A program made the position numbers and the translations under genes. From positions 1,216,001 to 1,280,000 of the forward strand of contig CAVRAY010000001.1 in the NCBI GenBank assembly GCA_963719225.1: a stretch of 64,000 bases of DNA. The letters are read 5' to 3'. A model generated the notes under the pieces. It had not been told where the DNA came from and searched no databases. It saw only the letters and a list, made by a program, of their open reading frames with translations. The stretch is from Thermoanaerobaculia bacterium. Lineage in GTDB: Bacteria; Acidobacteriota; Thermoanaerobaculia; UBA5066. How positions within the stretch are numbered: the first letter of the stretch is position 1; each line of letters begins with the position of its first letter. This document shows, piece by piece, positions 28,465 to 38,516 of the stretch.

Positions 28465-30567
28465 ATGCGCAGCCTCCGCCTTCGTGCCCCCGCTGCCTTC
28501 GTCGCCTCCGCCGTCCTCGCGGGCTGTGTCACGTTCGGTTCCGAGAAGGGACCGCCGAAAGGCACGTATCGCGAGCGCCTGATCGGGTACGCCGCTCTTC
28601 TGCGAATGGAGGACCGCCGCGCATACGATCCGCTGCTGTCGGGACGCACGGCAGCCTCTCCGGATCCCTGGCTGCGCGCCAAGACCGCGCTCGCGGTCTC
28701 CCGCCTGAAGGATACGGACGCATCCGTGTACCTGCCCGTGCTCCTGAAGGACCCAGAGGCCTCCGTGCGCCGCGCCGCCACGTTCGGAGCCGGGCTTTCG
28801 GGTGACGCCCGCCTTCTGCACTTCCTCGTTGCGGCGCTGGGCGATCCCGATGACCAGACCGCCGCGAATGCCGCCGAGGCTCTCGGGAAAATTGGCGGAA
28901 AAGACGCCACGGACGCCCTGCTCGCCGCTCTTGCAAAGCCCAGGGGCCCGCGGGCGGGGTGCGCGCTCGCGCTGTTTCGGAAGCCCGAGGCGCGAAGTGT
29001 CACGGCGTTGCTCGCCGCGTTCGGAGAAGAGGATTCTGCTCCCGAGCTCGGGCGCGCGGTCGTCTATTCACTGTCACGAAAACCAGATCCCGCGGCAGTT
29101 CCGGCGCTTCGCGCGGTGCTTAGAAGGGAAGAAGAAGGGGCGTCCCGCACGCCCGCGAGCGAGGAAGTCGCCTGGGCGGCGCGAGGTCTTGGGATCCTCG
29201 AGGATGAGGAGAGCGTCCCCGACCTCGTCCGCCTCGCGGCCAGCCGCGACATCTCGGTTGCCGTTCAGGCCCTGACCGCGCTCCATTCACTTTCTAACAA
29301 AAGTGTCTTTTCCCTTCGCGAGGAATTGACTCGCGGCGCACGGGAAATTGCTCTTCTCCGAGCAAACGATTCCCTTCCCGGAGTGGCCATCGCCGCTTTG
29401 CGCCTCCTCGGAGCGTTGCCCGACTCCCCCGCGTCGCGTGCGACGCTCGAAGAGAACCTGCTCAAGAAGGGGTGGAGAGGACAGGCGGCCCTCGTGTCTC
29501 TGACGCACCTCGACGCGGCTCGGTCGCCGGAGGCCGCTGCGGCCCGGATCGACGCGGCGGCCCTTCTCGGCGGCACCCTCGAGCTGCGACTCGGTGCCGC
29601 CGAGGCCCTGCAGTTCTTCGGAGGCGATGGTCCGCCGAAGGTTCTCGCGACGGCCCTCCTCGCCGACCGTGCCGCGCGCGTGCGCGCATCCGCCCTTTCC
29701 TCCGTTTCGAAGAAGCAATCTCCGCATCTCTCTTCCTGGCTGCTCGCCGGCTTGATCGATCACGACGCTGCGGTGCGCGATGCCGCACTCGACGCAGGGG
29801 CGCCCCTCCTCGAGAAGGGAAGCGCGGAGCTGAAGCGCGCATGGATGGCCGCGTTCGATCGCGCTTTCGAGTCCGGCGAGCCGGATTTCACCGTCGGCGC
29901 CCTCGATGCCGCGGCGGCCCGCGGCGAGGCCGGACGCGTCCTCGTGGCTGCGCACGCGAACGACCCGGACGCCGTCACGCGCGAGAAGGCGCGGCGGCTC
30001 CTCGTCGAGAAATACGGGGCCGCCAACGGCTCGTTTCGGCCGATCCCGGCCGGAACGCGGCTTTCGACCGAGGATTACGCGCGCGTCTCCCGCGCCGCGA
30101 ACGAGTCTGTTTTCGAGGCGGAGATCGCCACGGCCCGCGGCCCGATCCGGATGGAGCTTCTCGCCGAGGACGCGCCCCTCACGGTCGAGAGCTTTCGCAC
30201 GCTCGCCGCGAAGGGCTTCTTCGACGGAATGGTGATTCACCGAGTCGTGCCGGACTTCGTCGTCCAGACCGGCGACCCGCGCGGAGACGGAAGCGGCGGA
30301 CCTGGTTACGCCATCCGGGACGAGATCAACCCGGCCCGGTACACGCGCGGCGCCGTCGGAATGGCCCTCTCCGGCGCCGATACGGGCGGCTCGCAATGGT
30401 TCGTCACGCTTTCCACGCAGCTCCACCTCGACGGCGGCTACACCGTGTTCGGGCGCGTTCTCGAGGGGTGGGACGTCCTCGATCGCATCGAGCAGGACGA
30501 CCGGCTCGTGTCCGTGCGCGTGACGTCCCATCCGCGTTCGGCCCGTCCGCCCGGAGCCGTGCCGTGA
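28465..30567 (+). CDS. HEAT-repeat lipoprotein with C-terminal cyclophilin-type PPIase
   Basis: Lipobox VLAGC, HEAT repeats, HRVVPDFVVQTGDPRGDGSGGPG, GSQWF, HLDGGYTVFG. Confidence 0.9.
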   Translation: MRSLRLRAPAAFVASAVLAGCVTFGSEKGPPKGTYRERLIGYAALLRMEDRRAYDPLLSGRTAASPDPWLRAKTALAVSRLKDTDASVYLPVLLKDPEASVRRAATFGAGLSGDARLLHFLVAALGDPDDQTAANAAEALGKIGGKDATDALLAALAKPRGPRAGCALALFRKPEARSVTALLAAFGEEDSAPELGRAVVYSLSRKPDPAAVPALRAVLRREEEGASRTPASEEVAWAARGLGILEDEESVPDLVRLAASRDISVAVQALTALHSLSNKSVFSLREELTRGAREIALLRANDSLPGVAIAALRLLGALPDSPASRATLEENLLKKGWRGQAALVSLTHLDAARSPEAAAARIDAAALLGGTLELRLGAAEALQFFGGDGPPKVLATALLADRAARVRASALSSVSKKQSPHLSSWLLAGLIDHDAAVRDAALDAGAPLLEKGSAELKRAWMAAFDRAFESGEPDFTVGALDAAAARGEAGRVLVAAHANDPDAVTREKARRLLVEKYGAANGSFRPIPAGTRLSTEDYARVSRAANESVFEAEIATARGPIRMELLAEDAPLTVESFRTLAAKGFFDGMVIHRVVPDFVVQTGDPRGDGSGGPGYAIRDEINPARYTRGAVGMALSGADTGGSQWFVTLSTQLHLDGGYTVFGRVLEGWDVLDRIEQDDRLVSVRVTSHPRSARPPGAVP
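29116..29304. repeat. Convergent motif pair 2, degenerate (GTGCTTAGAAGGGAAGAAGAAG; ATTCACTTTCTAACAAAAGT)
   Basis: AT-rich arms inside the HEAT-PPIase CDS; cores 175 bp apart. Confidence 0.5.
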
Positions 30568-30737
30568 AATTCGCCGTCGGGCGAAGCCTGCAGCTCGTCG
30601 GGCTCGTGCTCGTGGGTCTGGGTCTCGTCATCGGGCTCCTGAGGAACGACCTGAGGTTCGAGGAGCGGATGTTCTTCGCCGGCGGCGCCGTCTTCTTCGC
30701 GGGCTGGCTGCTCGTGCGACCGTTCAAGGCTCCATGA
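30564..30737 (+). CDS. Small two-TM membrane protein (57 aa)
   Basis: GTGA overlap with the upstream gene and ATGA overlap with the downstream gene; two hydrophobic helices. Confidence 0.7.
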   Translation: MKFAVGRSLQLVGLVLVGLGLVIGLLRNDLRFEERMFFAGGAVFFAGWLLVRPFKAP

Positions 30738-31645
30738 AAGTGTTCGTCGGCCGACCCCTCGTCGAGCCGTCCACGACCGAGCTTCTTGCGGGGCATACCG
30801 TCGTCACGGGAGACGGGAACCTCCCGCGGTCCGAGTGGCCGCTCCTGTCGGACGCCGACGCACTCCTTCCGACGCCGCGCGAGCGGATCACGGACGAGCT
30901 CCTCGCGGCCTCTCCGCGGACCCGGATCGTGGCGAGCCACTCGGTCGGGGTCGACCACATCGATCTCGAGGCGTGCCGCCGGCGCGGCATCCTCGTCACC
31001 AACACGCCGGACGTCCTCACCGAGGCGACGGCGGACCTCGCCTGGGCGCTGATCCTGGCGGTCGCGCGGCGGCTGGGCGAGGGCGAGGCGCTCGCGCGCT
31101 CGGGGACGTGGGACGGCTGGAAACCCCGGGAGCTTCTCGGCATCTCCCTCTCCGGGCGCACGCTGGGCATCTACGGCATGGGCCGTATCGGGCGGGCGGT
31201 GGCGAGGCGCGGCGAGGCGTTCGGAATGGCGGTCGTGGCCTTCGGCAGGAGTCGGAGTGAAAAGGACCTGGAAGAATTCCTTTCGAATGTGGATGTGCTG
31301 TCGATCCACACGCCTTTGACCGAGGAGACGCGCGGAAGGTTCGGAGAGAAAGAGATCCTTCGAATGAAAGAGGGGGCGATCCTCATCAACACCGCGCGGG
31401 GCCCGATCGTGGACGAGGAGGCACTCGTCGCGGCCCTTCGTTCGAGGCATCTTCTGGGCGCGGGTCTCGACGTCTACGAAAAAGAGCCCGCAATCCATCC
31501 CGGGCTGGTCTCGCTGCCGAACGTCGTTCTCCTCCCGCATCTCGGCTCGGCCACGTTCGAGACGCGCCTCGCCATGGCGCGCCTCGCGTGCGAGGAGATC
31601 GCGCGCTTCGCGCGCGGCGAGCCGCCGCTGCACCCGGTTCCGTAG
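30734..31645 (+). CDS. D-isomer 2-hydroxyacid dehydrogenase (glyoxylate reductase/D-glycerate dehydrogenase)
   Basis: GVDHID, NTPDVLTEATAD, GMGRIG, INTARG, GLDVYEKEP, PHLGSAT. Confidence 0.92.
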   Translation: MKVFVGRPLVEPSTTELLAGHTVVTGDGNLPRSEWPLLSDADALLPTPRERITDELLAASPRTRIVASHSVGVDHIDLEACRRRGILVTNTPDVLTEATADLAWALILAVARRLGEGEALARSGTWDGWKPRELLGISLSGRTLGIYGMGRIGRAVARRGEAFGMAVVAFGRSRSEKDLEEFLSNVDVLSIHTPLTEETRGRFGEKEILRMKEGAILINTARGPIVDEEALVAALRSRHLLGAGLDVYEKEPAIHPGLVSLPNVVLLPHLGSATFETRLAMARLACEEIARFARGEPPLHPVP

Positions 31646-31700
31646 GCCCGGAGCTTCGCTCGCGAGCGCCTCGCTCATTCACCCCTCTAAGAAAATCTTC
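31271..31700. repeat. Motif cluster 3: forward copies 31271-31293 and 31346-31375; reverse intergenic copy 31674-31700
   Basis: Reverse complement of 31674-31700 is GAAGATTTTCTTAGAGGGGTGAATGAG. Confidence 0.6.
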
Positions 31701-31708
31701 TTTGAGGG

Positions 31709-33361
31709 TCACCCGATTGAGATGTCCCGCCTTTCGAGCGATCGTGCGGCCAGTATCAGCGGCGCGCTTGCGGCTACGGTTGCCAGAGTGAGGAAAGCGG
31801 CGAGCAGCGGCCACGGCGCCAGATCGACCTTCAGGAGCGATGCGAGAAGCAGGCGAAGCTCGTTCGAGACGACGAGCGTCGAAAGCAGGGAGAGGGCCGT
31901 CGAAAGGACGAGCGCGAAGAGCCCTCCCGTGGAGAGCGCGACGCTGACCGCGTTCGGGGCGTCGTAGCGCGGGAAGAGGGCGCCGAGGCCGAGGTGGAGC
32001 GCCGGGATCGAAAGACCGCCGGCGAGCGCGGCGGCGAGCGCAAACGCGGTGGCCGGCCTTCCGGGCCGGAGAACGAGCAGGCTCGCTCCGGTCAGGGCGA
32101 GAGCCACGGCCGCCGATGGAAGGGCGCGGACGACCCATCGCACGAGGAGCTGGCGCCGCGGGGCGAGCGGCAGAGTCCGGAGGACGAGCGCCGCCCGGCC
32201 GTCGGAGGAGATCGAAGGATAGGCGAAGCGCAGCGACAGCGCCGAGACGAGGAAGAGCGAGAGGCCCGTCTGCAAGCCCGCGACGAGGTCCCGCTGCGAG
32301 GCGTCCGCCCCGGGCAGAAGCCGGACGTTCATCAGGTCGAGCAGGAAGACCGCCGCGAGAGATCCGAGCTGGGCGGGAGTGGAGGCGTCTCGAAAAAGAG
32401 TCGCCGCTTCGGCGCGGATCAGCTCTCTTCCGAGCGACCGGGCCTCCCGGCCCGTTCGAACCCGGCCGGCCCGCGCGGCGGGACCCGTGGACGATTGTCG
32501 GAAGACGTGGAGGTGGAGACGCCAGAGACTCGCCGGAACGAGCAGGAAGGCGGCGAGGCCCACGAGGAGAAGCGCGGTTCCCGGAACGAGCCCCGCTGCC
32601 TCGCCGAGGAGACCGCGCGTGGCCGCGCGCGCAGCCCAGGCGGCCGGATCCAGCCCCGGCGAGTCCGGGGGTCTGGCGCCGAGTCGCGTCACGACGGAAA
32701 GAGCTTCGACCGGATCGAGGAGTCGCTCCGGCCGCGCGGCGCGAAACCCGACGAGAGCTGCGGCAAGACCGGTCGCCGAGAGGAACGCGGCGAGCAGGCG
32801 CGCGCGTGTCGGCGGCACGAGACGCACGAGGAGAAGCGCTGCCGCGATCCCCGCCGCGCCCGCGAGCAGAATCACGCCCGCGAGCGGCACGGCGCCCGCC
32901 GCGAACGCGAGGAGGGGACGTCCGCCGGCGAGAGAGGCGACGACAAGAGCGGGTATCGAAAGGAGAAGCGCCGGCGCGGAAGCGAGGGCGATCGTCAGAA
33001 TGGCCTGCCTCCTCACGAGCCGCGCGTGGGCGAAGGGGAGCACACATAGCGCGCCGAGCTCGTCCGAGAGAAAGAGAGTGGAGACCGCCGTGGTGAGCGA
33101 TCCGAGGAATCCAAGGGCGAGCGCCGCCGTGAATGCGAACCCGAGAAGGCGCTCGAGGAGGAACGCGGGCCGGAGCTCCGGGAGCTCGCCGAGGGCCGCG
33201 CGCGAGGCCCTCAGAGCGCCCTCGAGGCCGGCCGCCTCGAGGCCTGCGAACGCGAGGAGAGCGAGGAGTCCCCCGCCCGCGGCCAGGCGCCCGCGGGCGT
33301 CGCCCGCCAGGAGCGTCCGTCCGGCCGCCCGGGCGGAGTTCCAACGGAACACCGCGTTCAC
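31709..33361 (-). CDS. Putative ABC exporter permease (multi-TM)
   Basis: Many TM segments, STLFLSDEL, LRFAYPSISSDG. GTG 33361 overlaps the ATPase stop. Confidence 0.8.
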   Translation of the reverse strand: MNAVFRWNSARAAGRTLLAGDARGRLAAGGGLLALLAFAGLEAAGLEGALRASRAALGELPELRPAFLLERLLGFAFTAALALGFLGSLTTAVSTLFLSDELGALCVLPFAHARLVRRQAILTIALASAPALLLSIPALVVASLAGGRPLLAFAAGAVPLAGVILLAGAAGIAAALLLVRLVPPTRARLLAAFLSATGLAAALVGFRAARPERLLDPVEALSVVTRLGARPPDSPGLDPAAWAARAATRGLLGEAAGLVPGTALLLVGLAAFLLVPASLWRLHLHVFRQSSTGPAARAGRVRTGREARSLGRELIRAEAATLFRDASTPAQLGSLAAVFLLDLMNVRLLPGADASQRDLVAGLQTGLSLFLVSALSLRFAYPSISSDGRAALVLRTLPLAPRRQLLVRWVVRALPSAAVALALTGASLLVLRPGRPATAFALAAALAGGLSIPALHLGLGALFPRYDAPNAVSVALSTGGLFALVLSTALSLLSTLVVSNELRLLLASLLKVDLAPWPLLAAFLTLATVAASAPLILAARSLERRDISIG

Positions 33362-34086
33362 GGCTTCGGCGGTCCGCCCGCGAGGTCGAAAAAGACGGCC
33401 GAGAGCGCTCCTCCCCGGCCCGAGGCGGTGTCGAGATTCCGGGGAGAGCCCCGCGCGACGAGCCGGCCTTCGACGAGAAGGCCCGCGGCGGATGCGATCT
33501 CTTCGGCGAGCGCGAGCTGATGCGTCGTGAGCAGGACGGCGGCTCCCTTTGCGGCGTGAGCGCGCAGGCGTTCCGAAAGCCCGCGCTGGGCGAGCGGATC
33601 GAGACCGACCATGGGCTCGTCGAGAACGAGGACGGAGGGATCGTGGAGAAACGCCTGGGCCAGCGCCACGCGCTGCCGCGTGCCGTGAGAGAGGGTCTCG
33701 TTGCGTTCCGAGGAGACCTCCTCGAGCTGGAATGCGACGAGCTCCGCGTCGATGCGCTCTTCGAGCTCCGCTCCGCGGTTCCCGAACGTCGCGCCCACGA
33801 AGCGCAGGGTCTCCCGTGGGGTCCATTTCGGCCAGAGATAGGGCCTGTCGGGAACGAAGCCCAGGCGCCGCTTGGCCGCGACGGGATCGCGCGCGACGTC
33901 GATCCCGCACACGTAGGTGCGGCCCGCGGTCGGGGCCAGGAGCCCGGTCAAGAGGCCGATGGCGGTCGTCTTCCCGGCGCCGTTCGGGCCCACGAGCGCG
34001 AAGACCGCGCCCGCGGGCACGTCGAGCGTCAGGTCCGCGAGCGCCGTCTTCCGGCCGTACGTCTTGGTCGCCCCGTCGAACCGGAT
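33358..34086 (-). CDS. ABC transporter ATP-binding protein (start uncertain)
   Basis: GPNGAGKTT, LSHG, LVLDEP, TH. Homology continues upstream of GTG 34020 as IRFDGATKTYG. Confidence 0.88.
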   Translation of the reverse strand: MRFDGATKTYGRKTALADLTLDVPAGAVFALVGPNGAGKTTAIGLLTGLLAPTAGRTYVCGIDVARDPVAAKRRLGFVPDRPYLWPKWTPRETLRFVGATFGNRGAELEERIDAELVAFQLEEVSSERNETLSHGTRQRVALAQAFLHDPSVLVLDEPMVGLDPLAQRGLSERLRAHAAKGAAVLLTTHQLALAEEIASAAGLLVEGRLVARGSPRNLDTASGRGGALSAVFFDLAGGPPKP

Positions 34087-34105
34087 CGACGGGAGTGCGG
34101 CCCCG

Positions 34106-35404
34106 TCAGGCGTAGAGACCCCGCACCTGCATGTCGTAGGCGACGCGCTGGATGGCGACCATGTAAGCCGCGATGCGGTACGAGACGCCGTGGGTGGCGG
34201 CCATGTCGCGCACGTCGCCGAAGGACTGGACCATCATCTCCTCGAGGCGCTCGTTGACCTCCTGCTCGCGCCAGAAGAAGCCCATCCGGTCCTGCACCCA
34301 CTCGAAGTAGGACACCGTGACGCCCCCGCCGTTCGCGAGGATGTCCGGGATGACGACGACGCCCTTCTTCTGAAGGACCTCGTCTGCGTCGTACGTCGTG
34401 GGGCCGTTCGCGCCCTCGAGGATGATCTTCGCGCGGATGTCCTTGGCGTTCTCGGTCGTGATCTGGTTCTCGAGAGCGGCCGGGACGAGGATGTCGCAAT
34501 CGATCGTGAGGAGGTCGCTCGCGTCGAGAGGGGTGCTTCCCGGGAAGCCGACCACGCTCTTGGTCTTCGCGACGTACTCGAGGAGCTTCGGGACGTCGAG
34601 CCCGGCCTTGTTCTGGATGGCGCCGTTCACGTCGGAAACCGCGATGACCTTCGCGCCCTGAAGAAAGAACATCTTCGCCGAGATCGACCCGACGTTCCCG
34701 AAACCCTGCACGGCGACGCGCGCGCCGTCGAGCGGCACGCCGTGGGCCTTCCCGGCCTCGCGGCCCGCGATCATGACGCCCCGCCCCGTGGCCTCCACGC
34801 GGCCGCGCGATCCGCCGATCGTGATCGGCTTGCCGGTGACGACGCTCGTGACGGTGTGGCGCATGTGCATCGAGTACGTGTCCATGAGCCATGCCATCGT
34901 CTGGGAGTCGGTGCCCACGTCGGGGGCGGGGACGTCCTTCTCGGGGCCGAGGACGTCCATGAGCTCGGCGGTGTAGCGGCGCGTGATCCGCTCGAGCTCG
35001 CCGCGCGAAAGCTTGCGCGGGTCGCAGATGACCCCGCCCTTTCCGCCGCCGAACGGGATGTTCATGACGGCGCACTTCCACGTCATCCAGGAGGCGAGCG
35101 CGCGCACCTCGTCGAGCGTCACGTGGGGGTCGTAGCGGATTCCGCCCTTCGCCGGGCCGCGGGCGATGTTGTGATGCACCCGGTAGCCAATGAAGAGCTC
35201 GATTCGTCCGTCGTCCATGATGACGGGGATCGATACCTTCACCTCCTTGATGGGCTCGCGCAGCACCTTGCAGAGCCCGGCATCGAGCTTCAGGAGACGC
35301 GCGGCGTGGTCGAAACGCGACGCCATTTCCTCGAACGGGTTGATCGCCGCATCGCGGGCGGGGCGATGCAGGACGCCCGACGTGGATTCGGGATTGAAAG
35401 TCAC
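34106..35404 (-). CDS. gdhA: Glu/Leu/Phe/Val dehydrogenase (glutamate dehydrogenase)
   Basis: [42 protein letters not shown]; AAGGAGG RBS. Confidence 0.93.
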   Translation of the reverse strand: MTFNPESTSGVLHRPARDAAINPFEEMASRFDHAARLLKLDAGLCKVLREPIKEVKVSIPVIMDDGRIELFIGYRVHHNIARGPAKGGIRYDPHVTLDEVRALASWMTWKCAVMNIPFGGGKGGVICDPRKLSRGELERITRRYTAELMDVLGPEKDVPAPDVGTDSQTMAWLMDTYSMHMRHTVTSVVTGKPITIGGSRGRVEATGRGVMIAGREAGKAHGVPLDGARVAVQGFGNVGSISAKMFFLQGAKVIAVSDVNGAIQNKAGLDVPKLLEYVAKTKSVVGFPGSTPLDASDLLTIDCDILVPAALENQITTENAKDIRAKIILEGANGPTTYDADEVLQKKGVVVIPDILANGGGVTVSYFEWVQDRMGFFWREQEVNERLEEMMVQSFGDVRDMAATHGVSYRIAAYMVAIQRVAYDMQVRGLYA

Positions 35405-35482
35405 GAAGCCTCCTTGGAACGAGTCTCGGCCGCTCTCTCATTCTATCCGGGCGACGTGTCCTTGGTATGTCACCATCTCGCC

Positions 35483-36064
35483 ATGTCGGCCCCCGATACG
35501 CGCGAGGACGCGGAGCTCGTCAAGCTCGTCCTCGCGGGCGACACGGAGCTCTACGCCGTGCTCGTGAACCGCTATCGCACGCGCGTTTCCCGATACGTAG
35601 AGCGCTTTACGTACGACGTGGAGGACGCCCGCGACGTCACGCAGGACGTCTTCGTCAAAGTGTATGGCGCGCTCGACTCGTTCGACCCGCATTTCAAGTT
35701 TTCCACATGGCTCTTCCGCATCGCCGGAAACGCTGCGATCGATCACCTGCGGCGGCGGCGCGTCCGCACGCTGCCGCTCGAGTACCCCTCCGGAGAGGAT
35801 GGCGAGATGCGCGCCGTGGATCCTCCCGAAGTGCGGCCGAATCCTCACGAGGAGCTCACCCGCCGGCGCCTTCGAGATGCCCTTTCAGCGGCCATCGACC
35901 GTTTGCCTGACGACTATCGGGAGCTCATCAGCCTCCGCCACTACGGCGAAATGCCCTACGAAGAGATCGCCGACCTCAAAGGCATGCCGCTCGGAACCGT
36001 CAAGAACAAGCTCTTCCGGGCGCGCCAGGCCCTGCGAGATCTTTTGCCCAAGGACATCGTATAG
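35483..36064 (+). CDS. ECF sigma-70 factor (RpoE/SigW-like)
   Basis: DARDVTQDVF, FSTWLFRIA, YEEIA, GTVKNKLFRAR. Confidence 0.93.
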   Translation: MSAPDTREDAELVKLVLAGDTELYAVLVNRYRTRVSRYVERFTYDVEDARDVTQDVFVKVYGALDSFDPHFKFSTWLFRIAGNAAIDHLRRRRVRTLPLEYPSGEDGEMRAVDPPEVRPNPHEELTRRRLRDALSAAIDRLPDDYRELISLRHYGEMPYEEIADLKGMPLGTVKNKLFRARQALRDLLPKDIV

Positions 36065-36073
36065 AGGAACGGG

Positions 36074-36595
36074 ATGATCGACATCAGCCGCGACCGCGCC
36101 CGGGACGCCCACCCGCCCTCCCCGGAGGAGCTGGAGGCGGACCGCCGTCTGGAACTCATTCTGGATGAGTGTGTTATGGCGTCGCCGGCCGCTCCCTTCG
36201 AAGCCGACCTCACGGCTCGTGTCATGGCGGCGCGGCCCTTCGCGGCCTGGGAGGTCCGCCGGGCCGGTGCATGGCGCGTTCCTGCCCTCGTGGCGACGAC
36301 CTTCCTCGCGGCCAGCCTCGCCATCTTCCTGGCTCCCCTCTGGACGCTCGGACCCGGAACCGCACTCGAGACTTGGGCGCGCGTGATGGCGGCGGGGACG
36401 GCGGGAGGTCTCCCGGCTCTTCTCGCGGCCGTGCCCGCGCTCGCGAGCGCCCTCGCGGCGGTCTTCGCGAGCGCGTCCGGCACGCGCCCGGTGCTCGCCG
36501 GCGCGCTGCTCGCTTCGGGCAGCGCCCTTGCGCTTCTCGCCGGGCGGCTGGCGCAGCGTCCCTCGCGCCTCGGCGCGATCGCACGCCGCGGCTGA
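36074..36595 (+). CDS. Membrane protein, putative anti-sigma factor
   Basis: Immediately follows the ECF sigma; PFEADLTARVMA then TM helices; GAGG RBS. Confidence 0.6.
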   Translation: MIDISRDRARDAHPPSPEELEADRRLELILDECVMASPAAPFEADLTARVMAARPFAAWEVRRAGAWRVPALVATTFLAASLAIFLAPLWTLGPGTALETWARVMAAGTAGGLPALLAAVPALASALAAVFASASGTRPVLAGALLASGSALALLAGRLAQRPSRLGAIARRG

Positions 36596-36607
36596 CGCGA
36601 GGGGCGT

Positions 36608-37588
36608 GTGAGCCGCTCGAAGCGCTTGACGAGGAGCCGGGCGACTCGGGCGCTTCTATTGATTCTGATTGTCGCTCCGGCAGTCGCGTGGCGCGCGAAG
36701 GCCGAGGAGAGCTCGTTGTCCATTCCCATCGGCACGCTCCGAGCCGGTGATGTCGTGGTCCTCGGGAAGCAGTTTTTCTTAGAAGGTGAATTGGAAGGGA
36801 GCGCCGTGCTCGTCGGAGGAAGCACGGCGGTCGTGTCGGGCCGCATTCATCGCGACCTCATCCTCCTCGGCGCGAACGCGACGGTTCGCCGCGGCGCCCG
36901 CATCGATGGCGACGTGCTTTCCGTCGGCGGTTCTCTCACCTTCGAAGAAATCCCCGGTGGTCACTCTTCGGACGTGACGACGAGCACGACCACGGCGCAA
37001 GTGGGGGGGCACGTCCGCACGATCACCGCTCTCGAGGCGGCCGTCGTCTCCGAGCTCGAGACCTCTCCGCTGACGTCCGGCAGGACCTCGCCGCTCGTTC
37101 TTTCCTTCCGCCTGTTTCTGCTCTTCTGCTGGCTCGTCGTCTCCATCGGACTCCTCTATCTCGCCCCCCGCCAGGTCCTTCGTGCGGCGGACGGGTCGCG
37201 CGGCCGCCTCGCGTTTCTCGCCGCGCTCGGCGCGACCGCGGTCTTGACCGCGCTCCTCCTCGCGGCCTTCGCTCTGTCGATCCTCCCGGCTCGTCTCGCG
37301 CTCGCCCTCGGCGTGGCGCTCCTCCTCGCGCTCGCCGCCGCGAAGGTCTTCGGTCTCGCGGCGCTCTTCGTCGTCCTGGGCCGCCGCGCGACGCCCCGCG
37401 CCGTGCGCGGCGATCTCCTGTTCGGAGACCCGGCGGCGCTCGCGGCCGGCCTTCTCCTCCTCGGCCTCGCGTCTCTCGTGCCCGTCGCCGGCCCTCTCGT
37501 CTGGAGTCTCGCGTCGCTCGCGGGAATCGGCGTCGCTCTCGCGGCTGTCGTGTCGCGCGAGCCGCGCCTCGTGCTCGCCGCCTCCTGA
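36608..37588 (+). CDS. Membrane protein with N-terminal polymer-forming (bactofilin-like) beta-helix repeats
   Basis: Signal peptide, [23 protein letters not shown] repeats, C-terminal TM bundle. Confidence 0.7.
   Translation: MSRSKRLTRSRATRALLLILIVAPAVAWRAKAEESSLSIPIGTLRAGDVVVLGKQFFLEGELEGSAVLVGGSTAVVSGRIHRDLILLGANATVRRGARIDGDVLSVGGSLTFEEIPGGHSSDVTTSTTTAQVGGHVRTITALEAAVVSELETSPLTSGRTSPLVLSFRLFLLFCWLVVSIGLLYLAPRQVLRAADGSRGRLAFLAALGATAVLTALLLAAFALSILPARLALALGVALLLALAAAKVFGLAALFVVLGRRATPRAVRGDLLFGDPAALAAGLLLLGLASLVPVAGPLVWSLASLAGIGVALAAVVSREPRLVLAAS
36766..36955. repeat. Convergent motif pair 4 (GAAGCAGTTTTTCTTAGAAGGTGAATT; TCTCACCTTCGAAGAAATCCCC)
   Basis: Cores 165 bp apart; the 17-mer at 36939-36955 is identical to 6939-6955. 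Confidence 0.8.
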
Positions 37589-37640
37589 TAGGCTCCGGCG
37601 AGAGCCCTCCAAAGGGGCCTCGAAGGAGATCGAGATTCCG

Positions 37641-38512
<872 letters not shown>

Positions 38513-38516
<4 letters not shown>

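Noticed and set aside
33917-35482. Apparent N-terminal extension of the ECF sigma ORF
   Set aside because: It is the antisense of gdhA; sigma homology starts at ATG 35483.
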